Below, piece after piece: positions 1 through 12,194 of a DNA stretch of 64,000 nucleotides. The notes below the pieces were generated by a model, which did not search any database, was not told the DNA's origin, and saw only the letters and a program-made list of their open reading frames with translations. The position numbers and the translations under genes were made by a program. Positions within the stretch are counted from its first letter, which is position 1, and the number at the start of each line of letters is the position of its first letter. The DNA is from Eledone cirrhosa (lineage: Eukaryota): the NCBI GenBank assembly GCA_964016885.1, contig OZ024751.1, positions 25,916,001 to 25,980,000 of the forward strand, written 5' to 3'.

Positions 1-88
1 TAACAACGCAATCGGAATATATTAGGGTATACATATATATACATGCATACATACATGCATACATACATGTATATATACATACATATAC

Positions 89-180
<92 letters not shown>

Positions 181-183
<3 letters not shown>

Positions 184-443
184 GATAAATCTACCAAGAG
201 TTTACGGTAGTGTCCAATCCGTATGAAGAACTCAATGTAATCCGGATATCATGGAAAGAAGAGATGCAATGAAAAATCACTTTCGGTGAAAGATAAACGG
301 AATACAGAGTCAAGATAAAATATTAAAAAAATAATGAATAAAACAATGAAACAGTTCCTTATACTAAACAAAAATCGTTAAATAATGAACTTTTTTTGTT
401 TAATATAAGGAACTGTTTCATTGTTTTATTCATTATTTTTTTA

Positions 444-452
<9 letters not shown>
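181..452 (-). mobile_element. Short (TA)n-embedded element with terminal fold-back (inverted repeat ~315-373 / ~394-452), probable PLE pLTR remnant
   Basis: ataaaatattaaaaaaataatgaataaaacaatgaaacagttccttata is mirrored by tataaggaactgtttcattgttttattcattatttttttaatattttat; flanked on both sides by (TA)n. Confidence 0.55.
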
Positions 453-490
<38 letters not shown>

Positions 491-693
491 CAGTGTTGAA
501 ATGAAAGCTGTCAATATGTTGCAACTGTTTAAAGTAGGGAATTAGAAGCTTTGCTGTCGAATTGACTCAAGTCGGAATAGTTAAGAGCAGTTAATATCAG
601 AGAGAGCTTCTTCTTACTCACCAATCACCTGTTTTTATTATACACTGTAACAATTACTTTCATATATATATATATATTTGCATGAGTAAGTAT

Positions 694-741
<48 letters not shown>

Positions 742-1206
742 TTATTTGTTTTCCTTCATAAGTTTTGTTGCTGAGAAAGAAGACATTCTTTAAAGGTTAA
801 TTGTCATCGTCAACAGAATATAAAATACGCATCAAACAAAACTCTATACACACAATCAAACGCATGCGCAAAGAAGACAAAATAAAATAAACAAATAAAT
901 AAATATATAAACAGACTAAATAAAGATTGCGTAGAAAATACAATGCAACGGGAGGAAACAATAGCACCACTGACGTGTTGCAGATGTGCAACGAAAGAAC
1001 TTTGATAAACAATATATATATGTGTTTGTGTCTATATTGTATCTGTATTTTTGACCGTTGGTCAGTCAATGGCAACATTGAGGACCGAATAAATTAGATT
1101 ACCGATATAAAAGACACAGAAGCGAAAAGCGAAAACCAACCAAACAGTGAGTGTGTTCTGTTATTAATTCTGGCAATATTACTCAAATATGACCCTCCCC
1201 AAGTAT

Positions 1207-1272
<66 letters not shown>

Positions 1273-1275
<3 letters not shown>

Positions 1276-1410
1276 TTATTCCGGGTTGAATCGGAGGTAA
1301 CCACAGTAAGTAAGGTACTCAATACATAGCAGAGTATAAAAGTTTAAATATAGAAGAGCTTCTACAGGACTAGAACTGTTTCATTCGTGTGAAATCATCA
1401 GGAAGCTCAT
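1273..1410 (-). mobile_element. ~140 bp hammerhead-bearing non-autonomous element (retrozyme/PLE pLTR-like) in (TA)n
   Basis: Unique sequence between TA tracts; contains a complete HHR and the GTATTGAGTAC tail motif shared with another short family in the window. Confidence 0.7.
1356..1408 (-). ncRNA. Type I hammerhead ribozyme
   Basis: Minus strand reads gagcttc CTGATGA tttc-acac-gaat GAAA cag-ttctagtc-ctg TA gaagctc: perfect 7-bp stem I, short stem II, 3-bp stem III, GUA cleavage triplet. Confidence 0.85.
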
Positions 1411-1507
1411 ATATATATAAACACATATATACATACGTATTTAAATATATAAACATATATACATATGTGTAAATATACACTTATATATACATAGTTATAC
1501 ATACATT

Positions 1508-1577
<70 letters not shown>

Positions 1578-1579
1578 TA

Positions 1580-1966
1580 TGGTGGCTGCCAATTCGTTTT
1601 CGAGTACGGCCACTATTTTAGGAACCCCTACCGATGCGCTGAACGAGTGTGACTTTTTAGTCCAGCCAGCGACTTGAAAACTCTGGTACAAACACTACAC
1701 TTGTGACAATTATTGACACATAGTGCTGGTACCATGGTACCATGTGACGACAAGTGCAGAGAGATCTCCAGATATAAAGCAATGCCTGTGCCGTGAAGCT
1801 TTTATAGTGAGCAAAGGCACTGCACAAAGCCAGTCCCACTCTCTTAACCAAGATGATATTTACCAAAAGAAGAACAAGTCAACATCATTGGATACCATCA
1901 GGGTTGCAGGTGTTATAACAGAGTTTTCCTTCTCCTAGAATTCTGCCTTGACAACGGCTAAGGGGT
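1580..1966 (-). mobile_element. Probable 5' UTR fragment of a non-LTR retrotransposon (RTE-like)
   Basis: Minus strand has aaggcagaattctaggagaaggaaaactctg, resembling RTE-clade 5' UTR motifs (recognised from memory); bounded by microsatellites. Confidence 0.35.
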
Positions 1967-2131
1967 CATACATACATACACACATACATACATATACACG
2001 CACATACATACATACATAAGTACATACATACATACACACATACATACATACATACATAAATACATACATACATACATACATACATACATACATACATACA
2101 TACATACATACATACATACATACATACATAC

Positions 2132-2670
2132 AAAAGAAAACATGCACAGTAGTGGAAATTAGCTGCCCAGCAGATGCCAATATAATATCAAAGATTAGTG
2201 AAAAGGAGAATATCTATGCAGAACTGATGAGATATCTGCAGATACTCCACCCTGATTACACCTTCAGATTTATGCCTGTGATTATTGGGGCACTGGGATA
2301 TGTTAGTAACTGCCTCAATACAAATCTAGAGAAGCTAGGCTTCACAGGATCAGAAAGAACACAACTAGTTAGGAAATTACAAGTACAATCCATTAATGGA
2401 ACATTAAAAATATGTAAAACATTCCAAAAATGTTGCATCTAATAACTGCATATACACATGTACAGATACAAAGCATATACACATGCACACATACAACTCA
2501 AAACATCCACATCCACACATACAATAACATCCATATCTACACATGCATGCATACATACATACCTACCTAGTTGATGTTGTGTAAATTCCAATGAGAGAGT
2601 CTTGTGTCTATGTTAGAAACCGACTCTCTCTCTATTGGTAAAACTTTGTGAAATTATAAAACCAGAACAT
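2132..2670 (+). mobile_element. 5'-truncated RLE non-LTR retrotransposon (R4/NeSL-like) 3' end in a (CATA)n tract
   Basis: ORF 2152-2442 VVEISCP..K..K..Y..PVIIGALG is an RLE endonuclease C-terminus; 3' UTR ends in (CATA)n and (CATA)n also lies upstream. Confidence 0.75.
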
Positions 2671-2697
2671 ACATACATACATACATACATACATACA

Positions 2698-2731
<34 letters not shown>

Positions 2732-2849
2732 CATACATACATACATACATACATACATACATAGATGTGATGCAGTGTTCCAAGAAATACACATTTACCC
2801 ATCTGCTATGATTAAAATATTCTTGTAGCAATAACAATTTCCCCCCGAA

Positions 2850-3715
2850 TGTTGTTCTCACTGTTGTTACTGTTGTTGTTGTTGTTGTTACTGATGTTAT
2901 TGTCACTGTTGTTATTGTTGTTGCTGTTGTTGTTATCTTTTTTATTATTGTCAGCTTTGTGCTTTTTGTTGTTGTTGTTGTTCTTGTTGTTGTTGTTGTT
3001 GTTGGTATTGGTGGTGTTGTTGTTGTTGTTGTTTTTGTTGTTGTTGTTGTTGTTGTTATTGTCACTAGTATCATTGCTGCTGTTGTAATTGGTGTTGTTG
3101 TTGTTGTTGTTGTAATTGGTGGTGTTGTTGTTGTTGTTATTGTTGTTGTTGTTGCTGGTGTCATTTTTGTCAGCATTGTTATTATTATTGTTGTTGTTGT
3201 CGCTATTGTCACCGTTGTTATTGTTGTTCTTATTGTTGTTGTTGTTGTTGTTGTTGTTTTTGTTGTCGTCGTCGCCATCGGCGTCATCGTCGTTGTTGGT
3301 ATTGTTGTTAGTGTTGTTGTTATTGGTGTTGTTGCCGTTGTTGTTGTTGTTGCTGTTGTTGTTGCTGTTGTTATTGCTGTTGTTGTCGTTGATGTTGCTG
3401 TTGTTATTGTTGTTGCTGTTGTTATTGCTGTTGTTGTTGTCGTTGTCATTGTTGTTGCTGTTGTCATTGTTGCTGTTGTTGTTGTCGTTGTCATTGTTGT
3501 TGCTGTTGTCATTGTTGCTGTTGTTGTTGTCGTTGTCATTGTTGTTGCTGTTGTCATTGTTGCTGTTGTTGTTGTCGTTGTCATTGTTGTTGCTGTTGTC
3601 ATTGTTGCTGTTGTTGTTGTCGTTGTCATTGTTGTTGCTGTTGTCATTGTTGCTGTTGTTGTTGTTGTTGCTGCTGTTGTCATTATTGTTGCTGCTGTTG
3701 TCATTGATGTTATTA
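2850..3715. repeat. Degenerate (GTT)n tract with an internal 36-bp minisatellite
   Basis: Unit gttgtcattgttgttgctgttgtcattgttgctgtt-like repeats at ~3430-3660. Confidence 0.85.
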
Positions 3716-4090
3716 TGTATATTTTGTGAGCATGTATGTAGTTAAAGACGAAACGAAGTAGAAGTGCTTCACCTTCCTCCTCTCTTGCTAAACACACCAA
3801 CCACAGATTTATCTGATAATCTACACAAACTTTACCATTTTTCTTTTATCTTACTTTCAACGTTCTTTTGGAAGACCTAATCTCTTTTATCTGCAAAGAA
3901 AGCCGTTCTAGCTGCTTCGCAATTTTATTTATCTTTCTTCTTTTTTCTTTATTGTCGCATAATGTTTGTTGTTATTATTATTATTATTATTATTGTTATT
4001 ATTATTGTTATTATTATTGTTATTATTATTATTATTGTTATTATTATTATTGTTGTTATTATTGTTATTATTATTATTATTATTATTATT

Positions 4091-4290
4091 TGCGGTGGAT
4101 TGGCAGTATCGGTAGAGGGTCGGACGCCATGCTTTGCAGCATAGAGTTACGTCCCTTTACGATCTGAGTTCAAATCCCGCCGAGGTTGACTTTGCCTTTC
4201 ATCCTTACGAGGTCGATAAAATAAAGTACCAGTAATGCACTGGGATAATTGCTGGCCTTGTGCCTAAAGTAGAAACAATTATTATTATTA
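4091..4290 (+). mobile_element. tRNA-derived SINE
   Basis: A-box-like tggcagtatcgg, B-box gagttcaaatccc, conserved core gttgactttgcctttcatcc..gtcgataaaataaagtaccag, (TTA)n tail. Confidence 0.85.
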
Positions 4291-4291
4291 T

Positions 4292-4510
4292 GGGCGGTGA
4301 ATTGGTAGTATCGGTAGAGCGTCGGATAACATGCTTTGACGCATAGAGTTACGGCCCTTGCAATTCTGAGTTCAAATCCGGCCGAGGTTAACTTTGCCTT
4401 TCATCCTTACGGGGGTCGATAACATAAAGTACCAGTGACACACTGAGGTCGATTTGCTTGATTTCTCAATTCAAATTCCTGGCCTTCTACCAAATGTAGA
4501 AACAATCATT
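4292..4510 (+). mobile_element. tRNA-derived SINE (tandem copy)
   Basis: Same head, B box gagttcaaatcc and core as 4091-4290. Confidence 0.85.
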
Positions 4511-5074
4511 GTTATTATCATTATCATCATCATCATCGTCTTAGTCACCATTTTTTTTTTTTTTATTCGCCTTTTACTGATTGCCCTTTCATCTTTCCTT
4601 CTTTTTCTTCATCTGTTTCATCTGATTATTTTTCTTCTCTGTCTTCTCCTGTTACCCTGTCTAAGAGAAGTATTTGCTTTCAGTTGCTTAACGTCCATAA
4701 ACCCGGATAAGCTCTGCGTCTCGTCCAACAAGTGTGAAAACAATAACCTTAACAAGCATTGAATATCTTCATTTGCTCCTTACCAGCTCGCCTTTCTTTA
4801 CAGAGTTTATTATAGAGGAAATATTTGGGGATGCAGTGTCTTGGTATGTAACTTGGATGTCCAACATATTACATGAATGCTTTCTTCAAGAGAGTGTCTT
4901 GGTATAATACTGACTTGTTGAAGCACATTAGAGTCAAAGATCCTGGCCCGACAATGCATGTGCGAGATGTTGTGTAGATATTTCATGTCTCCTTGCAGAC
5001 TGTTCTATGTTGGACTACATGACTATTCTATTGTGCAGATCGACTGACTTCGTAGATGTTCCTTTCATAAATGA

Positions 5075-5480
5075 GCCTAGCTGAATGGTTAAGAGGTTAG
5101 TTTATAAATGTCCGTAGTTTACAGATTTAAATGCAGCATGGCCGAATATTTGGGGCGTTTTCTTTTGCATTCATAGAGTTCTAAGATCAATCCCATCACG
5201 CGAAGTGTGGGACAAGTATCATACACTATAGTAACGGGTCGACTGGAGCTATGTGGGTGAAATTGGGTAGACAGAAATTGTTAGCAGCATCAGAGAATGA
5301 GCAGTACCTATAATACAAAGAACCAACCTTGAAAACTATGTCAGGCTGAATATCCCTGAGAATTACCTCAAGGGTACATGTGCCTGTAAAATGCTCCTCA
5401 ATTCATACGGTGAATTCACGGGTATTCTATTTCGTTGAACGATCAATAGAACATTAATCTTCGAAACCGACAGAGATCTA
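5075..5480 (+). mobile_element. Degenerate SINE-type interspersed repeats
   Basis: tRNA-like head tagctgaatggttaag and downstream body typical of cephalopod SINEs; heavily diverged. Confidence 0.4.
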
Positions 5481-6103
5481 TTTTACTCCATTTCTGATCC
5501 TCCTTTTTCTAAACCATGATTCTTTCCTTAAACACAGTGACTAGTTTACTAATGGACATATGACTGTTATATTGAATATGCAAAGCCGTGTCACCGAAAA
5601 TCCTTCCGGTTTCCAGTTTCAAGTAATTTCTATTTTAAAGATATCCAAAAATACGTCGTGGGAACATTGTCTATCAGATGAAAATATTTCTCACTAACTT
5701 TTATTAACATTCCTCTGTGATTTGCCATCATTTATTTAAAATATTTAGTGGAAGATGATTTCGATAATTACATTCCATATGGCCGATATATCTTCTTCAG
5801 TTACCAGACCAGAACATAAAGTTATTTCCTTCTGGTCAAACTGACCATTGATCTTCCTAATAACACGTTAACCTCGTCGTAAAAATCATCGTCTCTATTT
5901 GATAATTATTCCCATCGGCTCGTTTAGAAATGGAATCCAAATGGTTATATTACTTACGTTATTTACATTGAATATATCCAGATTGGAATATCACTTGCTG
6001 ATGGATTCTAATGTGTATGTGTATGTGTACTGTCTGTGTGTCTGCATGCGTCAGTGTGTGTGAGCATCCATACATACTTGACCGCCTATATATATATATG
6101 TAT

Positions 6104-6135
<32 letters not shown>

Positions 6136-6150
6136 ATATGTATATATATG

Positions 6151-6260
<110 letters not shown>

Positions 6261-6293
6261 CATACATATGTATATGTGCGTAAGTATTAATTA

Positions 6294-6340
<47 letters not shown>

Positions 6341-7164
6341 TTGTGTGTGTGTGTATGTATGTGTACATGTGTGTATTATATGTATGTGTGTGTATGTATT
6401 AGCGTATTTATGTCTGTATATGTGTGTGTTCGTGTGTGGTGGTGAAGCGAGTGCTGAGGCAAAAGGTTATCTGTTCGAGTATTTTTGTTGTTTTTTTAAC
6501 AAAATCCTATTTGTGAGAAATTACACTGTATCACGTGGTATCTGGTGACTGTAGAAATAGAAGTAGTGAAACCAGTATAAAAAAACATGGACGATTACCT
6601 AAACAAACAAACAAACAAACATATATGCTAACACAAATCTGTTGTCGTATTTTGACTTTAACTAATTTGTGAGTGTTTGAGTGGTGGGACAGAACTTGTC
6701 GGAATATATTTGTCGCCAATATTATATTGGTTAGAGAGAAGGGGAACGTTCGTGAGATACTCTTAGTTTAGTAGGCATGCTACTAGCCATCATTAACTGA
6801 GTTGAAGCAATAGAACAGACGGTAAGAATGACTTGATGACATAGGGGCCAAATAGCTGAACAAAATGGCCGCCATCCAGTTAGTTGAACGCGCAGAGAGA
6901 GAGAGAGACTGTCCGTGTTATAGAATGTATATATATATATTGGAACGACGACATGAGAAATACAAACACAATAATAACAAAACACAGCAAAATTAGTAAA
7001 TAAAATATATGTATAAATATGAATAAAAAGAGTGATTAATCTCTATATTAGAGATTCGATTAGTTTATCTCATGATGATATCTGAATGTGATTTCTCATA
7101 ATATTCAAATTGTTATTGCGTTTCAAACAGACGGAATGAATATCAAATTGAGAAAATAAACAGT

Positions 7165-7980
7165 TTATATGTTGTTGTTGTTATGGTGGTGGTGGTGGAG
7201 GTGGTGATGGTGGAGGTGGTGGTGATGGTGGTGGTGGTGGTGGTGGTGGTGGTGGTGGTGGTGGTGGTGGTGGTGGTGGTGGTGTTGATGGTGGTGGTCG
7301 TCGCCGTCGTCGTGGTTGTGATGGTTGTGGTGGTGGTGGTGGTGGTGGAGGTGGTGGTGGTGGTGGTGGTGGTGGTGGTGGTGGTGGTGGTGGTGGTAGT
7401 CGTGGTGGTCGTCGTCGTCGTCGTCGTGGTTGTGATGATTTTGGTGGTGGTGGTGGTGGTGGTGGTGGTGGTGGTGGTGGTGGTAGTCATGGTGGTGGAG
7501 GTGGTGATGGTGGTGGTGGTAGTGTTGGTGGTGGTGGTCGTCGCCGTCGTCGTAGGTTGTGATGGTTGTGGTGGTGGTGGTGGTGGTGGTGGTGGTGGTG
7601 GTGGTGGAGGTGGTGATGGTGGAGGTGGTGGTGATGGTGGTGGTGGTGGTCATGGTGGTGGTGGTGGTGGTGGTAGTTGTGATGGTGGTGGTCGTCGTCG
7701 TCGTCGTGGTTGTGATGATTGTGGTGGTGGTGGTGGTGGTAGTAGTGATGGTGGTAGTAGTCATGGTGGTGGTGGTGGTGGTGGTGGTGGTGGTAGTCAT
7801 GGTGGTGGTGGTGGGTGGTGGTGGTGGGTGGTGGTGGTGGAGGGGTGCAGCGGATTTTGTTGCTGTTAATGTTGTTGTTGCTGTTGTTGATGAATATGAT
7901 AATGATGATGATGATGATATTGATGACGACGATGATGATAGTGATCATAATGAAGATGGTGTTGTTGTTGTTGTTGCATA
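7165..7980. repeat. Compound (GGT)n/(GAT)n/(GTT)n microsatellite with internal block duplications
   Basis: Direct reading; gtcgtcgccgtcgtcgt..ggttgtgatg blocks recur. Confidence 0.9.
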
Positions 7981-8349
7981 TTTTGCTTTTTTTGTTTTGT
8001 TTTTGTTTTCATGTTTCAGGATTTGTTCAGATTCCCTTCAATAATATTCCTGGTAATGTAATTATGTTTTAGAATGAAATATAACAATGTGCAGCAGTCA
8101 TATACAATTAGAAATTGTCTCTCTAAGTGGTCAATGGACGAACTGCTAAACATAGCAGCCAAATCTTACTTAGAGCGAACCCACCAATCATTTGGAAAGT
8201 CAACTACATTGTAAATGGAAGACCTTACATGTCTGTTCGAAAATAATGTAAGATCGCCATTTCTATATATATATACCCATATATATACCCATATATATAT
8301 ATATATATACCATATATATATATACAAATATATATATATGGGTGTGTGT

Positions 8350-8546
8350 GTTCTTGTAGCAATAACAATTTCCCCCCGAATGTTGTTCTCACTGTTGTTA
8401 CTGTTGTTGTTGTTACTGATGTTATTGTCACTGTTGTTATTGTTGTTGCTGTTGTTGTTATCTTTTTTATTATTGTCAGCTTTGTGCTTTTTGTTTTTGT
8501 CGTTGTTGTTGTTGTTGTTATTGTCACTAGTATCATTGCTGTTGTT
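8350..8546 (+). repeat. Local duplication of ~2819-3085
   Basis: ttcttgtagcaataacaatttccccccgaatgttgttctcac...gtcactagtatcattgctg is present at both sites. Confidence 0.85.
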
Positions 8547-8604
8547 GTATTGAGTACTTTGGTGCGTTATGGTCCATCTGGTTCCTTACCACATTTCCTT
8601 CGTT
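8547..8604 (+). mobile_element. 3' tail of short family B (hammerhead-half element)
   Basis: gtattgagtactttggtgcgttatggtcca..ttccttcgtta(TA)n is nearly identical to the tails at 23165-23222 and 49994-50052. Confidence 0.8.
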
Positions 8605-8936
8605 ATATATATATATATATATATATACAAAAACTACTACTTCTGTCAGCCAACTAACAGAGAAAGAAGGATAAACACAGTGAGAGATATGAACTCTCCT
8701 CTCTAAATATGTATGTAAAAACTAATAATTTTCTTCCCCTTTTTATTATTCGTACAAATATGCAACATAACTACATTATGCATATCCGCAGTTGGAAAAG
8801 CATATAATGCTGAAACCGGTACCATTATTAAATGCGGAAATATCCTCTTTATAAATAAATAAATGTTTTGATATACAGAAAGAATCTCTTCAGCATTTTC
8901 TACTGAAAAAATATTTTTCCTCTCTACTATTTGTTC

Positions 8937-8978
<42 letters not shown>

Positions 8979-9540
8979 ATATATATGTATATGTATATGT
9001 ATACACATAGACTAGAGTATGTATTTATATATGTGTGTGTCTATACGTGTGTATATAAAGATAAGTTGAGTATCAAAATGTATACACATGAACGCGTATG
9101 TATGTACATGAATACATGTGTGTATATATATATGTATGCATGTGTATATATATGTAGGTATGAACATGTTACTACGTGAATGTGAGTATATGTATTTTGT
9201 AGAGGTGTGCAAATATGTTTGTGTGTGAATGCGTGGGTGAAAGGATACGTACACTTGAAAGAAAAATTTAAGTCTGAATGTTAATTAAGTGCAAACACAA
9301 AACCAACCACGCATATCTTTACTATCTCTAATCCTTCTATAGATTTAGAAAAATAACCAATAATATATTCTATAAAAATGTCAAAACAACAGATGGGAAT
9401 CTAATTACTCACTGCCACCAAAAATTCTCACTGCTATCAAAAAACCACTCCCTCAACAACTTCACCCCTCCCTCCTAATATTCTCTATAAAAATCAAACA
9501 GGTCCTCAGTAATATTATTCTGATGAAATGACAGTAAATA

Positions 9541-9724
9541 ATTGTTTCTACTTTTGGCACAAGGCCAGCAATTACCCAGTGCATTACTGGTACTTTATTT
9601 TATCGACCCCGTAAGGATGAAAGGCAAAGTCAACCTCGGCGGGATTTGAACTCAGATCGTAAAGGGACGTAACTATGCTGGAAAGCATGGCGTCCGACCC
9701 TCTACCGATACTGCCAATCCACCG
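9541..9724 (-). mobile_element. tRNA-derived SINE with 13-bp target-site duplication
   Basis: Reverse complement of the 4091 SINE; TSD atgacagtaaata at 9528-9540 and 9725-9737. Confidence 0.9.
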
Positions 9725-9865
9725 ATGACAGTAAATAATAACATTGAAATATTGAATGTCTGCATAACTAATACTTTGTAGATAGCAGCTGTTTTCAGGT
9801 TATGTAACTGTTATAGAAACACGTGTCAATAAATTCCTTCAACTAAACTGTATCCATTCAAATCT

Positions 9866-9932
<67 letters not shown>

Positions 9933-10365
9933 CACTAACATGAGTAAAATTTCCTACCTGGGTGACTTAGCCATACGCATTATGCATGGCATTAACCGAA
10001 ACGCACCTGACAAACAGTATAGCAGATGGTTTATTTGGCGATTGATGTTCTCTTGCCAAGTAGGTTTTTTGTAGGAATTCCTTCCTTTTTTTTCTTTTTC
10101 ACTCCACATAAGTGAGTGGTCACTTTAGCCGATGCATAATAGAGATGATTTAGATCAGTAATGTTTAGTTTTTTTGTGATGATAATGTTTTTGTGAGCTA
10201 TGTTAGTCTTGTGTATTATCCTTTGGTTTTGTTTGGAGTTCTGGATCTTAGGGAGAGTGTCTCGTCCCCCATGTCAGCTTCTTTCATTTTCATCCATTCG
10301 ATCATAATTTCATTCTTCAAGTTGGCGAGTTCATTCACATTCATTTCTTTATCATTGATGATCTC

Positions 10366-10472
10366 AATTATCCCAGTGTATTACTGGTATTTATTTTATC
10401 GACCCGTAAGGATGAAAGGCAAAGTAATGCACTGGGGTAATTGCTGGTCTTGTGCCAAAAGTAGACACAATT
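10366..10472. mobile_element. SINE fragment with 5' inversion
   Basis: Minus-strand core (10366-10424) fused to a plus-strand 3' end (10422-10472). Confidence 0.65.
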
Positions 10473-10513
10473 ATATATATATATATACAGGGCACACACA
10501 CATGCACACACAT

Positions 10514-10559
<46 letters not shown>

Positions 10560-12142
10560 ACACACACACACACACACAGACACACACACAGACACACACG
10601 CACGCACACACACATATACGAAAGTATTTCTCTACGTAATCATGCAGATATTTTATAGAAAGTCTGTACAGACATTAACCACACAACATGAATGAAGAAA
10701 CAACAATAATTCAGAACGAGGCTATATAACAGCGTTCTACAATATCACATATTTACGTGTTCGATCTATATAAATGTATTGCCTGCTTAATATAATAGTT
10801 TTCAGCATTTACAAAATTATTAAAACTTTAGATAGTTTCATGAAATGCTGATCGTGTCTGGAGGGCTTTGCTGACTACAGAAGTCAAATCTGCTTCACAC
10901 AATCAATTATTGATTTATTACATTAGCACGAGGTCAAAACTGTTTTCGTGTTTGAGGAGTAGAACGATGTAGACTTGTTTATAACTTCACTGTACTTGTT
11001 CTATGTTTTATTGACAACAACGGTATATGTAATAAGAAGAACGGCTACATTTGAAATTAGAACGTAAAATATAGGAACAGAAAAGGGGGCTGCGAGAATT
11101 GAATTTTGTCAGTGATCGTATTACAGCTTATACCAAATGGACTCTGAACAAATTTGACTATCTAATGGAGAAGCTTAACAATCTAAACATTTCTTGAGTT
11201 GCAGACCGCTAATGTCATACATGTTAGAGCGCTAGAAGTATGTAAAACATGTAAGGGAGACAACCTGGACAACATTAACTCTCGTTAGCGAAGGAGTCTA
11301 CACTCCGTTATTCCCTTGTATTACAGTCATGAAATGATCTTATTTTTCTTGTCAATTGAATGAAAATAACAGGAGAACCTGTGATGGGTCTTTTGTTTAG
11401 GGATATCACGCACGGTTTCAGCTCATTTAGTTTCTAAGGCAAGCACAGTAACCAGTCACATAATCAAAGCATAAGAGAACTCTGCTTGCAATGCTCTGAG
11501 TTATAATAGGGCAGTCATGTCCATGATCTCTGAGATTCTTAGACCTGAATAAGTGCATCTGTTGATTGCACCGTGTATTGAAACTGGCAACGGTGGGTAT
11601 TATAGAGTTCCTTTGCATAAGCTTCAGTTGAATAACACACACACACACACACATACACACTCATATATATATATATATGTATGTGTGTGAGAGAGAGAGT
11701 ATATATATATATGTGTGTGTGTGTGCGTGTACGTTTGTATATGTGTATATGTGTACATGTATGTATGTGTGTGTGTGTGTAGGTGTTAAATCACAAGAGA
11801 TTGCGTCGTATATACACAGCCTACGGCACAAACGTTTCCATCTCCTTTTCTTTCATCGCTTTGTGTTTTTTGTTGCTATATTCTGTGATTCAATAATTGT
11901 ATATTGCTACATTGACATAACGCCGAAGAATTATCAGGATCAATCTAAAACGAAGCATCTTTCGCTTCAATGAAGTTATTTAGTAGAAGGCCATCAGTGC
12001 ATGCTTCCACTTTTTGTGTAGCCAGCCTAGCGTACAACTCTCGCTTTTTCTCCCTTTCTCTCTCTATTCTCATCACTTCACAGTGTCCCCCACACGGTAT
12101 ACACTCCCGCACACAGATCTATACATTTAGATATATACTCAC

Positions 12143-12192
<50 letters not shown>

Positions 12193-12194
<2 letters not shown>

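Noticed and set aside
486-660. Possible decayed hammerhead between TA tracts (agaagct/agcttct stem)
   Set aside because: Core reads CTGATAT and GACA; too degenerate to call.
2613-3800. 395-aa Thr-rich mucin-like ORF
   Set aside because: Product of a (GTT)n/(ACA)n tract that is open in several frames on both strands; runs into (TATG)n; no signal peptide or credible splice context.
4091-4510. tRNA genes
   Set aside because: A/B boxes belong to multi-copy SINE heads; no cloverleaf.
9500-9540. CTGATGA as a hammerhead core
   Set aside because: No downstream stem II/GAAA/stem III; it abuts a SINE TSD.
9930-10020. Possible hammerhead after (TA)n (..ccGAAAcg..)
   Set aside because: No CUGANGA and no stem I.
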